In this document: positions 44,101-51,543 of the stretch, piece by piece | Layout of the letters: every line of letters begins with the position of its first letter | How positions within the stretch are numbered: position 1 is the first letter of the stretch | Assembly (NCBI GenBank): GCA_963767985.1 | Contig: CAVYGE010000006.1 | Span: 128,169-192,168 of the forward strand | Origin: an uncultured Chloroflexia bacterium | Lineage (GTDB): Bacteria; Chloroflexota; Limnocylindria; QHBO01 | Direction of reading: 5' to 3' | Length of the DNA stretch: 64,000 nt | Position numbers and translations under genes: made by a program | Notes under the pieces: generated by a model | What the model was told of the DNA's origin: nothing | What the model saw: only the letters and a program-made list of their open reading frames with translations | Databases searched by the model: none

Positions 44101-44321
44101 ACCTGTGGGTGATGGAGAACCATAAGACGAACTTCCGCTCGTTCGGCGTGAAGCTCGAGGGATCGACGGTCGCGACTGGCATCGGCACCATGCCGCTGTC
44201 GTCCTGGCAGCGCTACGGTCCGTACTCGGCGACCGTTGCGGATGGACGCCTCGACGTCGTCCTGGTCGACGGCCAGGCGGCCCCGCACATCATGGGGCTC
44301 GAGATCCACAACGCACCATGA
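41193..44321 (+). CDS. large secreted multidomain protein: 3 x DNRLRE-type beta-sandwich domains, calcineurin-like metallophosphoesterase, C-terminal malectin-like domain
   Basis: 1042 aa and intact. Signal peptide (RRFALILATFALLASGLPALVPVVSG). Three copies of the pattern ADA[WY]VD..L.VD...SFLRFDV.G...V.LR..V.NGT..GP......W.ES..TW..RP. The metallophosphoesterase motifs are GDIGVCG, GDNVYPNG, GNHDY, HHP and GHEHFYERF. Two PT linkers. C-terminal GIDFNGSGG...YQVYLWVMENH...GLEIHN. The start may be TTG 41232. Confidence 0.7.
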   Translation: MSAVSCHDRGIIRLSSSAQRRSLVRRFALILATFALLASGLPALVPVVSGVSEIAFAPVADAWVDQGTPTANAGAGPDLQVDGDSGGGMDYQSFLRFDVSGVTGTIQGVSLRFSVLNGTVDGPAVYQTASTWTESTVNWQSRPAITTAAIDDLGRITTGQTINYNVTSTVTGNGTYSFGLVSTSADGLDVSSREGVTPPQLILTVAPASTDLTFGSTADAYVDEGNFSQNYGSASTLEVDADRGFGYDREAYLKFDVTGLGGPAQAATVRLYVTNGTANGPKISSVGTSWGESTITWANRPVVTSGVLDDRGTIAASTYVDFNVTSAISGNGTFAFALKPDSNDGLDVYSREGGIPPRLIITPSTTSTPTPTATIPSATPTPTATVTPTPTATATPTPTATPTPTPTPGSGDPVLVGAGDIGVCGSPYDEATADLLDGIAGTVFTVGDNVYPNGTADEFANCYDPSWGRHKSRTRPTPGNHDYNTSDAAPYYAYFGASAGDPTKGYYSYDVPNWHVVVLNSECARIGGCGPGSPQETWLRADLAASPTNNILAMIHHPRFTSGLRGNYVISDALWTALYEFGADVVLSGHEHFYERFAPQSPAGVADPAYGIREFIVGTGGASLSGAGAPAPNSQVLNASSYGVLKLTLHPSAYSWQFVPIAGQTFTDSGTAATHPAPVIATTSVTAGADATVDQSLPSQNFGSALDLLVDGDTGAGLDDESYLRFTVSGTSGTVSRALLRVWVTNGTGNGPKVHRVTGAWTESAITWANRPPPVGSVLDDLGAVPAGAFVDFDVTSAVTGNGDYSFVLMPTSSDGLDAMSREAATPPRLLVTTVGGSPSPTPSPTPTATVTPTPTATVTPTPTATPTQTATPTPTVTPTPTPTPTPTTGFVMGIDFNGSGGSIGGRTWQSYASALASGLSVSASTTTSSRTPVPAVDAATAAMLNSAIWQPRGDLVMSQTLSNGSYQVYLWVMENHKTNFRSFGVKLEGSTVATGIGTMPLSSWQRYGPYSATVADGRLDVVLVDGQAAPHIMGLEIHNAP
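42281..42417 (+). repeat. low-complexity ACSCCSAC repeat encoding a Thr/Pro/Ala linker
   Basis: STTSTPTPTATIPSATPTPTATVTPTPTATATPTPTATPTPTPTP. Confidence 0.6.
43707..43859 (+). repeat. low-complexity Thr/Pro linker repeat with a 24-nt direct duplication
   Basis: acgcccaccgccaccgtgacaccg occurs twice in tandem. The region encodes SPTPSPTPTATVTPTPTATVTPTPTATPTQTATPTPTVTPTPTPTPTPTT. Confidence 0.6.
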
Positions 44322-44762
44322 GGCCCCAGCGCGCCAGCGCCTGACCGGCCGCATTCTTCGCGGACGAGTCCCGATTCGCCCCGTGGACCGCGAGCCGTTG
44401 TGTGAGGGTGGGAATTCCTCCTGATCCGCTCCGGGTGGTGCGCGCCGGCACCACACGACGGTACGAAAGTACTGGACAAGCGACACCCCCATGCCCATCA
44501 TCGCGAATCAGTCGGTCGCATGCGCCGTTGTACCGAGTCCGGCATCTGGCGAGTGGGGGACCGACACGGAGGTAGGGACCGTGCGTCGCGCGACGATGCG
44601 CCGTGCCGGCCGGCGTGCCGCTGCGGCGACCGAGAATCATCGATCGAGCCAGCTGGGACTGGCAATGAGCCCGTTGCTGCCTGTCAGCGCCACGGGTTGT
44701 CCGTCGAGTCTCGGGCACGTGGTGCTGGCGAGTCGGCCCCCGGACGCACCGGTGCTCTTGCC

Positions 44763-47700
44763 ATGATGGGCGCCATCGTGGCGTGGAGCGTCCGGTTCCG
44801 CAGGCTGGTCGTCGCACTTGCCGCCGCCACCCTGGTCTTCGGCTTCGCCCAACTGCCGAACGCCGCGGTGGACACGCTGCCCGAGTTCTCCCCGACATAC
44901 GTCGAGGTCCAGACCGAGGCGCTGGGGCTCTCCGCGCAGGAAGTCGAGCAGCTGATCACCGTGCCTCTCGAGGCTGATCTGCTCAACGGTGTCGCGTGGC
45001 TCGACTCGATCGAGTCGCAGTCCGTGCAGGGCCTGTCATCCATCGTCATGACGTTCGAGCCGGGAACAGATCCCAACCGAGCTCGGCAGGTCGTCGCCGA
45101 GCGGCTCACCCAGGCACACGCTCTTCCGAACGTATCGAAGCCGCCAGTGATGCTGCAGCCGCTGTCATCCTCGAATCGACTGATGATGATGAGCCTCTCG
45201 TCCGACGAGCTCTCGCTCATCGACATGTCCGTCCTGGCCCGATGGACCGTCAAGCCGCGGCTCCTTGGCGTTCCGGGCGTCGCCAACGTATCGATCTGGG
45301 GACAGCGCGAGCGTCAGCTGCAGGTCCTTGTCGACCCGCACCACCTGCGCGCAACCGGGGTCACGCTCGAGGAAGTCGTCGAGACCGCCGGCAACGCGCT
45401 CTGGGTCTCGCCGCTCAGCTTCCTCGAGGCATCGACCCCGGGCACCGGTGGATTCATCGACACGCCCAACCAGCGGCTCGGAGTGCAGCACGTGCTCCCC
45501 ATCGACTCCGCGGAGCAGCTTGCCGACGTGACCGTTGCGAGCGACGAGTCACGCTACCGGCTGTCGGACGTCGCGACCGTGGTGGAGGATCACCAGCCGC
45601 TGATCGGTGACGCCGTGGTCGAGGCGGGGAACGGCCTGCTGATCGTGGTCGAGAAGTTCCCCGGTGCGAACACGCTCGCCGTCACCCAGGGCGTCGAGGA
45701 TGCCATGGCTGACCTGGCACCGGCGATCGGCGGCATCAGCGTCGACACCACCCTCTTCCGTCCGGCCACGTTCCTGGCACAGGCCGTCGATAACGTCACG
45801 CTTGCGGTCGTCATCGGGCTCATCCTCGCGATCGCTGTCATCGCAGGCATCCTCCGCGACTGGCGCGCCGGAGTCATCAGCCTCGTGACCATCCCGCTCT
45901 CGCTGGTCGTCGCAGGCCTCGTCCTCCATGCGCTCGGAGCAACGTTCAACGCCATGGTCGCCGCGGGCCTCATCGTGGGCTTGGCGCTCATCATCGACGA
46001 GGCGGTCACGACGAGCGCCAGCGTTCGTTCGAGCGCGGTCGCGGGGGGAGCCGATCGCGACGACGTCGCGCGCACCCTGCACGTCGTGCGCGGCGTGATC
46101 GCGGCCCGCGGGGCCACCGTCTACGCCTTCGTCGTCCTGGCGCTCAGCCTGGTGCCGCTGTTCCTCATCGGCGCGGAGACCGGGGCCCTGCTCCCGTCGC
46201 TGGCGACCGCATTCATCATTGCCCTGCTGGCATCCATGGTCGTCTCGCTCACCGTGGCTCCCGCCATGGCTCACCTCCTGCTGAGCGTCTCTGCGGCGAC
46301 ACCCGGAGACTCTCGGCTGGTTGGTCGGCTGCAGGCGGGCTACGGCGCGATTCTCAGCCGCCTGACGACACGAGCGCGGCCGGTGCTCATGATCGTATCT
46401 GCGGTCACCGTCGCGGCGGTGGTCGCCTTCGGCGTCTCGCTTGCGCCCGGCATCGGCCATGCCGCCGCGCCGGCATTCCGGGATCGCAACGTCCTGATCC
46501 ACTGGGATGGACCGCCTGGTGCGTCACATGCCGCCATGCGGCGCATCGTCGGTGAGGCGAGCCGCGAGCTCGGGACGATCGCCGGCGTGCACAGCGTGGG
46601 AGCTCACATCGGCCGTGCGATCTTTTCCGACCAGGTCGGCGGGATCAATGAGGGTGAGATCTGGTTGACGATTGCGCCCGATGCCGACTACGAGCAGACG
46701 ATTGCCGCTGTCGAAGATGCCGTTTCCGGTTACCCCGGCATGGGCCGCACCGTGGCAACCTACGGTGCCGAGCGGGTGGCCGAGATCGTGGGCTCCGACC
46801 GGGACGACGTCGTCGTCCGTGTCTACGGTGACGACCAGGTCGTCCTCCAGGCGAAGGCGGACGAGGTACTCCGGGCGGTGCGTGACGTCGATGGCGTGGC
46901 CGCCGCAGCGATCGACGCGCCGGAAATGGAGCCAACGGTGCAGATCACCGTGGACCTCGCCGCTGCCGAGCGGCACGGCCTCACCCCCGGAGAGATCCGC
47001 CGTACGAGCACGACCCTGCTTTCCGGTCTCGAGGTCGGCAGCCTGTTCGAGGGCCAGAAGGTCTTCGAGGTAGTTGTGTGGGGCGCTCCCGAGCTGCGCA
47101 GGAACCTGTCGTCCATTCAAGAGCTTCCCCTCGAGTCGGCCACTGGGCGATTGGTGCCGCTCGCCGATGTTGCCGACATCCGGATCGAACCCGCCCCGGT
47201 CAGCATCCGACGTGAGGGAGTGCAGCGCATCCTGGATGTGGCCGTCACCGTCTCCGAGAGAGACGTGAGCAGCGTGCTCGCCGATGTCGAGGTCGCACTG
47301 GGCGGCATATCGTTCCCCGTCGAGACCCACGCGGAAGTTCTCGGGCACACAGCCGAGCGTGAGGCGCAGCAGGGAGCTCTGCTTGCGGTTGGGGCGGCTG
47401 CACTGATCGGCATCTTCCTGGTTCTGCAGGCCGCGCTGGTGAGCTGGCGGATCGCGGCTCTCGTGCTCCTCAGCCTTCCCGCCGCGCTCTCCGGCGGGAT
47501 CGTGGTGGCGCTGATGCTCGGTGCCTCCGCGACGTTCGGTGCCCTGCTCGGACTCCTTGCCGTCCTGGGCATCGCAGTGAAGCAGGGCCTGCTCCTGATG
47601 GACCACTACCGAGAGCTCGAAGCCGGCGGCGCCGTGGTCGACAAATGGCTGGTGATCCGCGGGGCTCGCGAGCGGATGGTGCCGACCCTCGCCACCGCCG

Positions 47701-47927
47701 CGGCCGTCGCGGTGGCCCTCCTGCCGTTCGCACTGCTCGGAGCTCGGGCCGGGGCCGAGATCATCCACCCGATGTCCCTGGTGATCCTGGGCGGGCTCGG
47801 AACGACGCTCCTGGTGAACCTCCTCTTCCTGCCGTCGCTCGTGACTCCCACCCCGAAGGCGCCGGAGACCGAGACGGTGGCAATCCCGGTCGAGCAGGCC
47901 GACCGCCAAGTGATCGGAGCAAGCTGA
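44763..47927 (+). CDS. RND efflux permease, CusA/CzcA-like (copy 1)
   Basis: ORF 44520..47927 trimmed to ATG 44763 (MMGAIVAWSVRFRRLVVALAAATLVFG). Typical RND N-terminus (DTLPEFSPTYVEVQTEALGLSAQEVEQLITVPLE). 12-TM/2-loop architecture; 1054 aa. Confidence 0.85.
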   Translation: MMGAIVAWSVRFRRLVVALAAATLVFGFAQLPNAAVDTLPEFSPTYVEVQTEALGLSAQEVEQLITVPLEADLLNGVAWLDSIESQSVQGLSSIVMTFEPGTDPNRARQVVAERLTQAHALPNVSKPPVMLQPLSSSNRLMMMSLSSDELSLIDMSVLARWTVKPRLLGVPGVANVSIWGQRERQLQVLVDPHHLRATGVTLEEVVETAGNALWVSPLSFLEASTPGTGGFIDTPNQRLGVQHVLPIDSAEQLADVTVASDESRYRLSDVATVVEDHQPLIGDAVVEAGNGLLIVVEKFPGANTLAVTQGVEDAMADLAPAIGGISVDTTLFRPATFLAQAVDNVTLAVVIGLILAIAVIAGILRDWRAGVISLVTIPLSLVVAGLVLHALGATFNAMVAAGLIVGLALIIDEAVTTSASVRSSAVAGGADRDDVARTLHVVRGVIAARGATVYAFVVLALSLVPLFLIGAETGALLPSLATAFIIALLASMVVSLTVAPAMAHLLLSVSAATPGDSRLVGRLQAGYGAILSRLTTRARPVLMIVSAVTVAAVVAFGVSLAPGIGHAAAPAFRDRNVLIHWDGPPGASHAAMRRIVGEASRELGTIAGVHSVGAHIGRAIFSDQVGGINEGEIWLTIAPDADYEQTIAAVEDAVSGYPGMGRTVATYGAERVAEIVGSDRDDVVVRVYGDDQVVLQAKADEVLRAVRDVDGVAAAAIDAPEMEPTVQITVDLAAAERHGLTPGEIRRTSTTLLSGLEVGSLFEGQKVFEVVVWGAPELRRNLSSIQELPLESATGRLVPLADVADIRIEPAPVSIRREGVQRILDVAVTVSERDVSSVLADVEVALGGISFPVETHAEVLGHTAEREAQQGALLAVGAAALIGIFLVLQAALVSWRIAALVLLSLPAALSGGIVVALMLGASATFGALLGLLAVLGIAVKQGLLLMDHYRELEAGGAVVDKWLVIRGARERMVPTLATAAAVAVALLPFALLGARAGAEIIHPMSLVILGGLGTTLLVNLLFLPSLVTPTPKAPETETVAIPVEQADRQVIGAS

Positions 47928-47929
47928 CG

Positions 47930-48370
47930 ATGCCCACGCGCAATCTCCTGCCCATCGCCTTCCTCCTCGTCGTGGTACCGCTGGCTGGCTGTGCACAGGA
48001 ACCGGGACAGGGCGGAGTCGAGCAACCGGCGGTCCTTGAACCGATCGGCGGTGACGACGGCCTGCTCCGCGTCCGACTGACGGAATCCGCCGCCGGCCGG
48101 CTGGCAATCGAGACGGCAGAGATCGAAGCAGGTGGGAACGGCACGATGACGATCCCCTACGGAGCCATCTTCTACGGGACGGACGGAGCGACCTGGGTGT
48201 ACGTGAGCCCCGAGCCGCTCGTTTTCGTACGCGAGCTCGTGGTCGTCGACCGGATCGAGGACGGCCAGGCCTTCCTTTCCCAGGCGCCGGAAGTCGGAAC
48301 TGCGGTTGCCACGGTTGGCGTGGCGGAGCTGTTCGGCACCGAGATCGGCATGGGCGGCGCCGCCCACTGA
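47930..48370 (+). CDS. small lipoprotein, possibly a minimal RND adaptor (beta-barrel/membrane-proximal part only)
   Basis: ATG 47930, 2 nt after the RND stop. Lipobox LAGC. 146 aa. TIPYGAIFYGTDGATWVYV...FVRELVVVDRIEDGQAFLS...GTAVATVGVAELFG resembles the C-terminal half of HlyD-type adaptors. The homology is my inference. Confidence 0.35.
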   Translation: MPTRNLLPIAFLLVVVPLAGCAQEPGQGGVEQPAVLEPIGGDDGLLRVRLTESAAGRLAIETAEIEAGGNGTMTIPYGAIFYGTDGATWVYVSPEPLVFVRELVVVDRIEDGQAFLSQAPEVGTAVATVGVAELFGTEIGMGGAAH

Positions 48371-48405
48371 CGTAACCGACACGCACGAGGACGCGGGCCA
48401 CCGCC

Positions 48406-51400
48406 ATGCGCGCCATCATCTCCGCCAGTCTCCGCTTCCGCTACATCATCGTCGCCCTGGCAGCGGCGCTGATGGTGTTCGGCATCGGGGAGGTGCGCGC
48501 CATGCCGGTGGACGTCTTCCCCGAGTTTGCTCCGCCGCGCGTCGAGATCCAGACACCGTCGCTTGGCCTGTCGGCGGCCGACGTCGAGGAGCTGGTCACC
48601 GTGCCGCTCGAGGAAGTGCTGGCGGGCGTCGACGGACTCGATGCGATCCGATCCAAGTCGGTTCGTGACCTCTCCTCGGTGCTGTTGATCTTCGAACCGG
48701 GGACGGATCTGCTGCAAGCGCGTCAGCTCGTCCAGGAGCGAGTCAACCAGGTGACGCCATCACTGCCCACGTGGGCCAGCCCGCCGTTCATGCTGCAGCC
48801 GCTGTCCTCAACCAGTCGCGTGATGAAGATCGGCATGACCTCGGAGTCTCGCTCGCTGATGGACATGTCGATGACCGCCTACTGGAAGGTGCGCGCCCGG
48901 CTGCTGGGTGTGACGGGCGTGGCCCACGTCGCAATCTGGGGCGAGCGGCTGCAGATGCTGCAGGTCCAGATGGACCCGGTGCGGATGGCGCGCCATCGGG
49001 TGACGGTGGCCGAGGTCATGGAGTCCACGGCCGCTTCGCTGGACGAGGGAATCCTGCAGTTCAGCGATGGGAACATCATCGGGACCGGCGGGTTCATCGA
49101 TACCCCGAACCAGCGCCTGGCCATCGCCCACGAGCCACCCATCAAGCACCCAGACGACCTGCGCCACGTCGTCGTGGAGACCCGCGATGGACGGCGGATC
49201 AGCATCACCGAGGTTGCCGACCTCGTCGAGGGCCACCAGCCCCTGGTCGGCGATGCGGTCATCAACGACGGCCCCGGGCTCATGCTGATCATCGAGAAGT
49301 TCCCGTGGGCGAACACCCTTGATGTGACCCGGGGCGTGGAGGCGGCGCTCGCCGAGCTCGAGCCCGCGCTCGGTGGCATCGAGGTCGACGCCGAGATCTT
49401 CCGGCCCGCGACCTTCATCGAGACCGCGCTCGAGAACCTGACCCGGGCGCTGCTCCTCGGATCGCTGCTGGTGGTGCTGGTCCTGCTCCTCTTCCTGTTC
49501 GAGTGGCGCACCGCGCTCATCAGTGTCATCGCCATCCCGACCTCGCTGATGGCCGCCGCCCTGGTCCTGAGCTGGCAGGGCGCGACCATCAACACGATGG
49601 TGCTCGCCGGCTTTGTGATCTCCGTCGGAGTCGTCGTGGACGACGCAATCATCGACATCGAGAACATCGTGCGCCGCCTGCGCCAGCACCGCCTGGCAGG
49701 CAGCACGAAGTCCACGACGTCGATCGTCATCGAATCGTCCCTCGAGGTTCGAAGTGCCATCCTGTACGCCACGCTGATCGACGTCGTCGCCGTGGCGCCG
49801 ATCTTCTTCATCGGTGGGCTGTCCGGCGCGTTCTTCCAGCCCCTGATCCTCGCGTACGCACTGGCCATCCTGGCATCGATGGTCGTGGCGCTCACGATCA
49901 CGCCCGCTCTCGCCTACCTCCTGCTGCGGCGTGCGCCGATGGAGCACCGCGAATCGCCGATCGCCGAACGGCTGCGGCGCGGCTACACGGCCCTCCTGTC
50001 GAAGATCATCGTCACGCCGCGCAGCGCCTACCTGGCAGTCGGATCGGTGATGCTCGCCGGCGCGCTGGTCTACCCGCAGCTCGGTCAGTCGCTGCTGCCG
50101 GACTTCAAGGAGCGAGACTTCCTGATGCACTGGCTGACGGCCCCGGGCACGTCGCTGCCCGAAGAGGTGCGGATCTCGGAGAGGGCCTGCATCGAGCTCA
50201 GGACGATCCCGGGGGTGCGGAACTGCGGCTCGCACATCGGCCAGGCGTTGCTGATGGACGAAGTGGTGGGCGTCGACTTCGGAGAGAACTGGATCAGCGT
50301 CGACCCGGCGGTGGATTACGGGGCGACACTGGCCTCGGTCCAGGGTGTCGTGGACGGCTACCCGGGCCTCGTTCGCGACGTGCAGACCTACCTCAAGGAG
50401 CGCATCCGCGAAGTCCTCACCGGATCCAGCGATGCGATCGTGGTACGGATCCACGGGCGCGATCTGGATGTGCTCCGTGACGTGGCGGACGACGTCGAGG
50501 AGGCCATGGCATCCATCGAGGGCCTGGTGGACCTCCACGTCGAACGACAGCGCGAGATCCCGGAGATCACGGTCGAGGTCGACCTGGACGCGGCACTGGT
50601 CCACGGAATCAAGCCCGGTGACGTGCGGCGCGTCGCGTCCACCCTCATCGCCGGCGAGGAGGTCGGCGACATCTTCTTCGGGGGGAGGGCGTATGACGTC
50701 CAGGCATGGAGCACCCCCGAGACGAGGTCCGACCTCACGAGCATCGAGCAACTCCTGATCGACACACCTTCCGGTGACCGGATACCGCTCGGTGAGGTCG
50801 CCACCATCTCGATCGCTCCCACGCCGAACGCCATCTTCCACGAGGGTCTGACGCGCCGTCTGCACGTGGAGGCGAACGTTCGCGGCCGCGACCTCGGGTC
50901 GGTCGTGGAGGACGTCGAGGCCGCCCTCGCGCGCGTCGAGTTCCCGCAGGAGTATCACCCCGAGCTCCTGGGTGAGCTGCAGGAACGTGAGGCAGCGGAG
51001 AGCCGGCTCCTCCTCTTCGGCATCGGCGCCGCGCTCGGGATCTTCCTGCTGCTCGTCACCTCCTTCGGGGTGGTGCGCGTCGCGATCCTCTCCTTCCTGA
51101 CGCTGCCCTCGGCCCTGGTCGGGGGCGTGCTCGCTGCGTGGATCGGCGGCGGAGTCATCTCCCTGGGTTCCCTGGTCGGGTTCTTCACCATCCTGGGAAT
51201 CGCGGCGAGGAACGGGATCATGATGATCAATCACTTCCAGCACCTCGAGCGCTACGAGGGAGAGACGTTCGGGCCGGAGCTCGTCATCCGCGGAGCGCGG
51301 GAGCGCCTGGCGCCGATCCTCATGACCGCATCGGCGACGGGACTGGCGCTCATCCCGCTGGTGATCGCCGGCGACCTCCCTGGCCACGAGATCGAGCATC

Positions 51401-51543
51401 CGCTGGCCATCGTCATCCTTGGAGGGCTCGTGACTTCGACGCTTCTCAACCTGTTCGTCGTTCCCTCGCTCTATCTGCGCTTTGCCCGCGGCTGGGACCG
51501 GCACGGACCTGGCGGTGGCCCCGTCGCGGAAGCGGCGTCGTGA
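48406..51543 (+). CDS. RND efflux permease, CusA/CzcA-like (copy 2, paralog of copy 1)
   Basis: 1045 aa and intact. N-terminus is colinear with copy 1 (DVFPEFAPPRVEIQTPSLGLSAADVEELVTVPLE; GTGGFIDTPNQRL is shared). Confidence 0.85.
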   Translation: MRAIISASLRFRYIIVALAAALMVFGIGEVRAMPVDVFPEFAPPRVEIQTPSLGLSAADVEELVTVPLEEVLAGVDGLDAIRSKSVRDLSSVLLIFEPGTDLLQARQLVQERVNQVTPSLPTWASPPFMLQPLSSTSRVMKIGMTSESRSLMDMSMTAYWKVRARLLGVTGVAHVAIWGERLQMLQVQMDPVRMARHRVTVAEVMESTAASLDEGILQFSDGNIIGTGGFIDTPNQRLAIAHEPPIKHPDDLRHVVVETRDGRRISITEVADLVEGHQPLVGDAVINDGPGLMLIIEKFPWANTLDVTRGVEAALAELEPALGGIEVDAEIFRPATFIETALENLTRALLLGSLLVVLVLLLFLFEWRTALISVIAIPTSLMAAALVLSWQGATINTMVLAGFVISVGVVVDDAIIDIENIVRRLRQHRLAGSTKSTTSIVIESSLEVRSAILYATLIDVVAVAPIFFIGGLSGAFFQPLILAYALAILASMVVALTITPALAYLLLRRAPMEHRESPIAERLRRGYTALLSKIIVTPRSAYLAVGSVMLAGALVYPQLGQSLLPDFKERDFLMHWLTAPGTSLPEEVRISERACIELRTIPGVRNCGSHIGQALLMDEVVGVDFGENWISVDPAVDYGATLASVQGVVDGYPGLVRDVQTYLKERIREVLTGSSDAIVVRIHGRDLDVLRDVADDVEEAMASIEGLVDLHVERQREIPEITVEVDLDAALVHGIKPGDVRRVASTLIAGEEVGDIFFGGRAYDVQAWSTPETRSDLTSIEQLLIDTPSGDRIPLGEVATISIAPTPNAIFHEGLTRRLHVEANVRGRDLGSVVEDVEAALARVEFPQEYHPELLGELQEREAAESRLLLFGIGAALGIFLLLVTSFGVVRVAILSFLTLPSALVGGVLAAWIGGGVISLGSLVGFFTILGIAARNGIMMINHFQHLERYEGETFGPELVIRGARERLAPILMTASATGLALIPLVIAGDLPGHEIEHPLAIVILGGLVTSTLLNLFVVPSLYLRFARGWDRHGPGGGPVAEAAS

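Noticed and set aside
5306-44321. The glycan island as a horizontally acquired mobile element
   Set aside because: No integrase, transposase, tRNA attachment site or flanking direct repeats are visible. Composition and codon bias look the same as the flanks by eye. Horizontal origin cannot be excluded without compositional statistics and comparative genomics.
44322-44762. A known metal-sensing riboswitch (for example the NiCo/czcD type) upstream of the CzcA-like pumps
   Set aside because: A few G-rich strings superficially resemble what I remember of such motifs. I cannot reconstruct the conserved four-way junction or core nucleotides from memory. I therefore report only an unclassified structured leader, pending a covariance-model scan.
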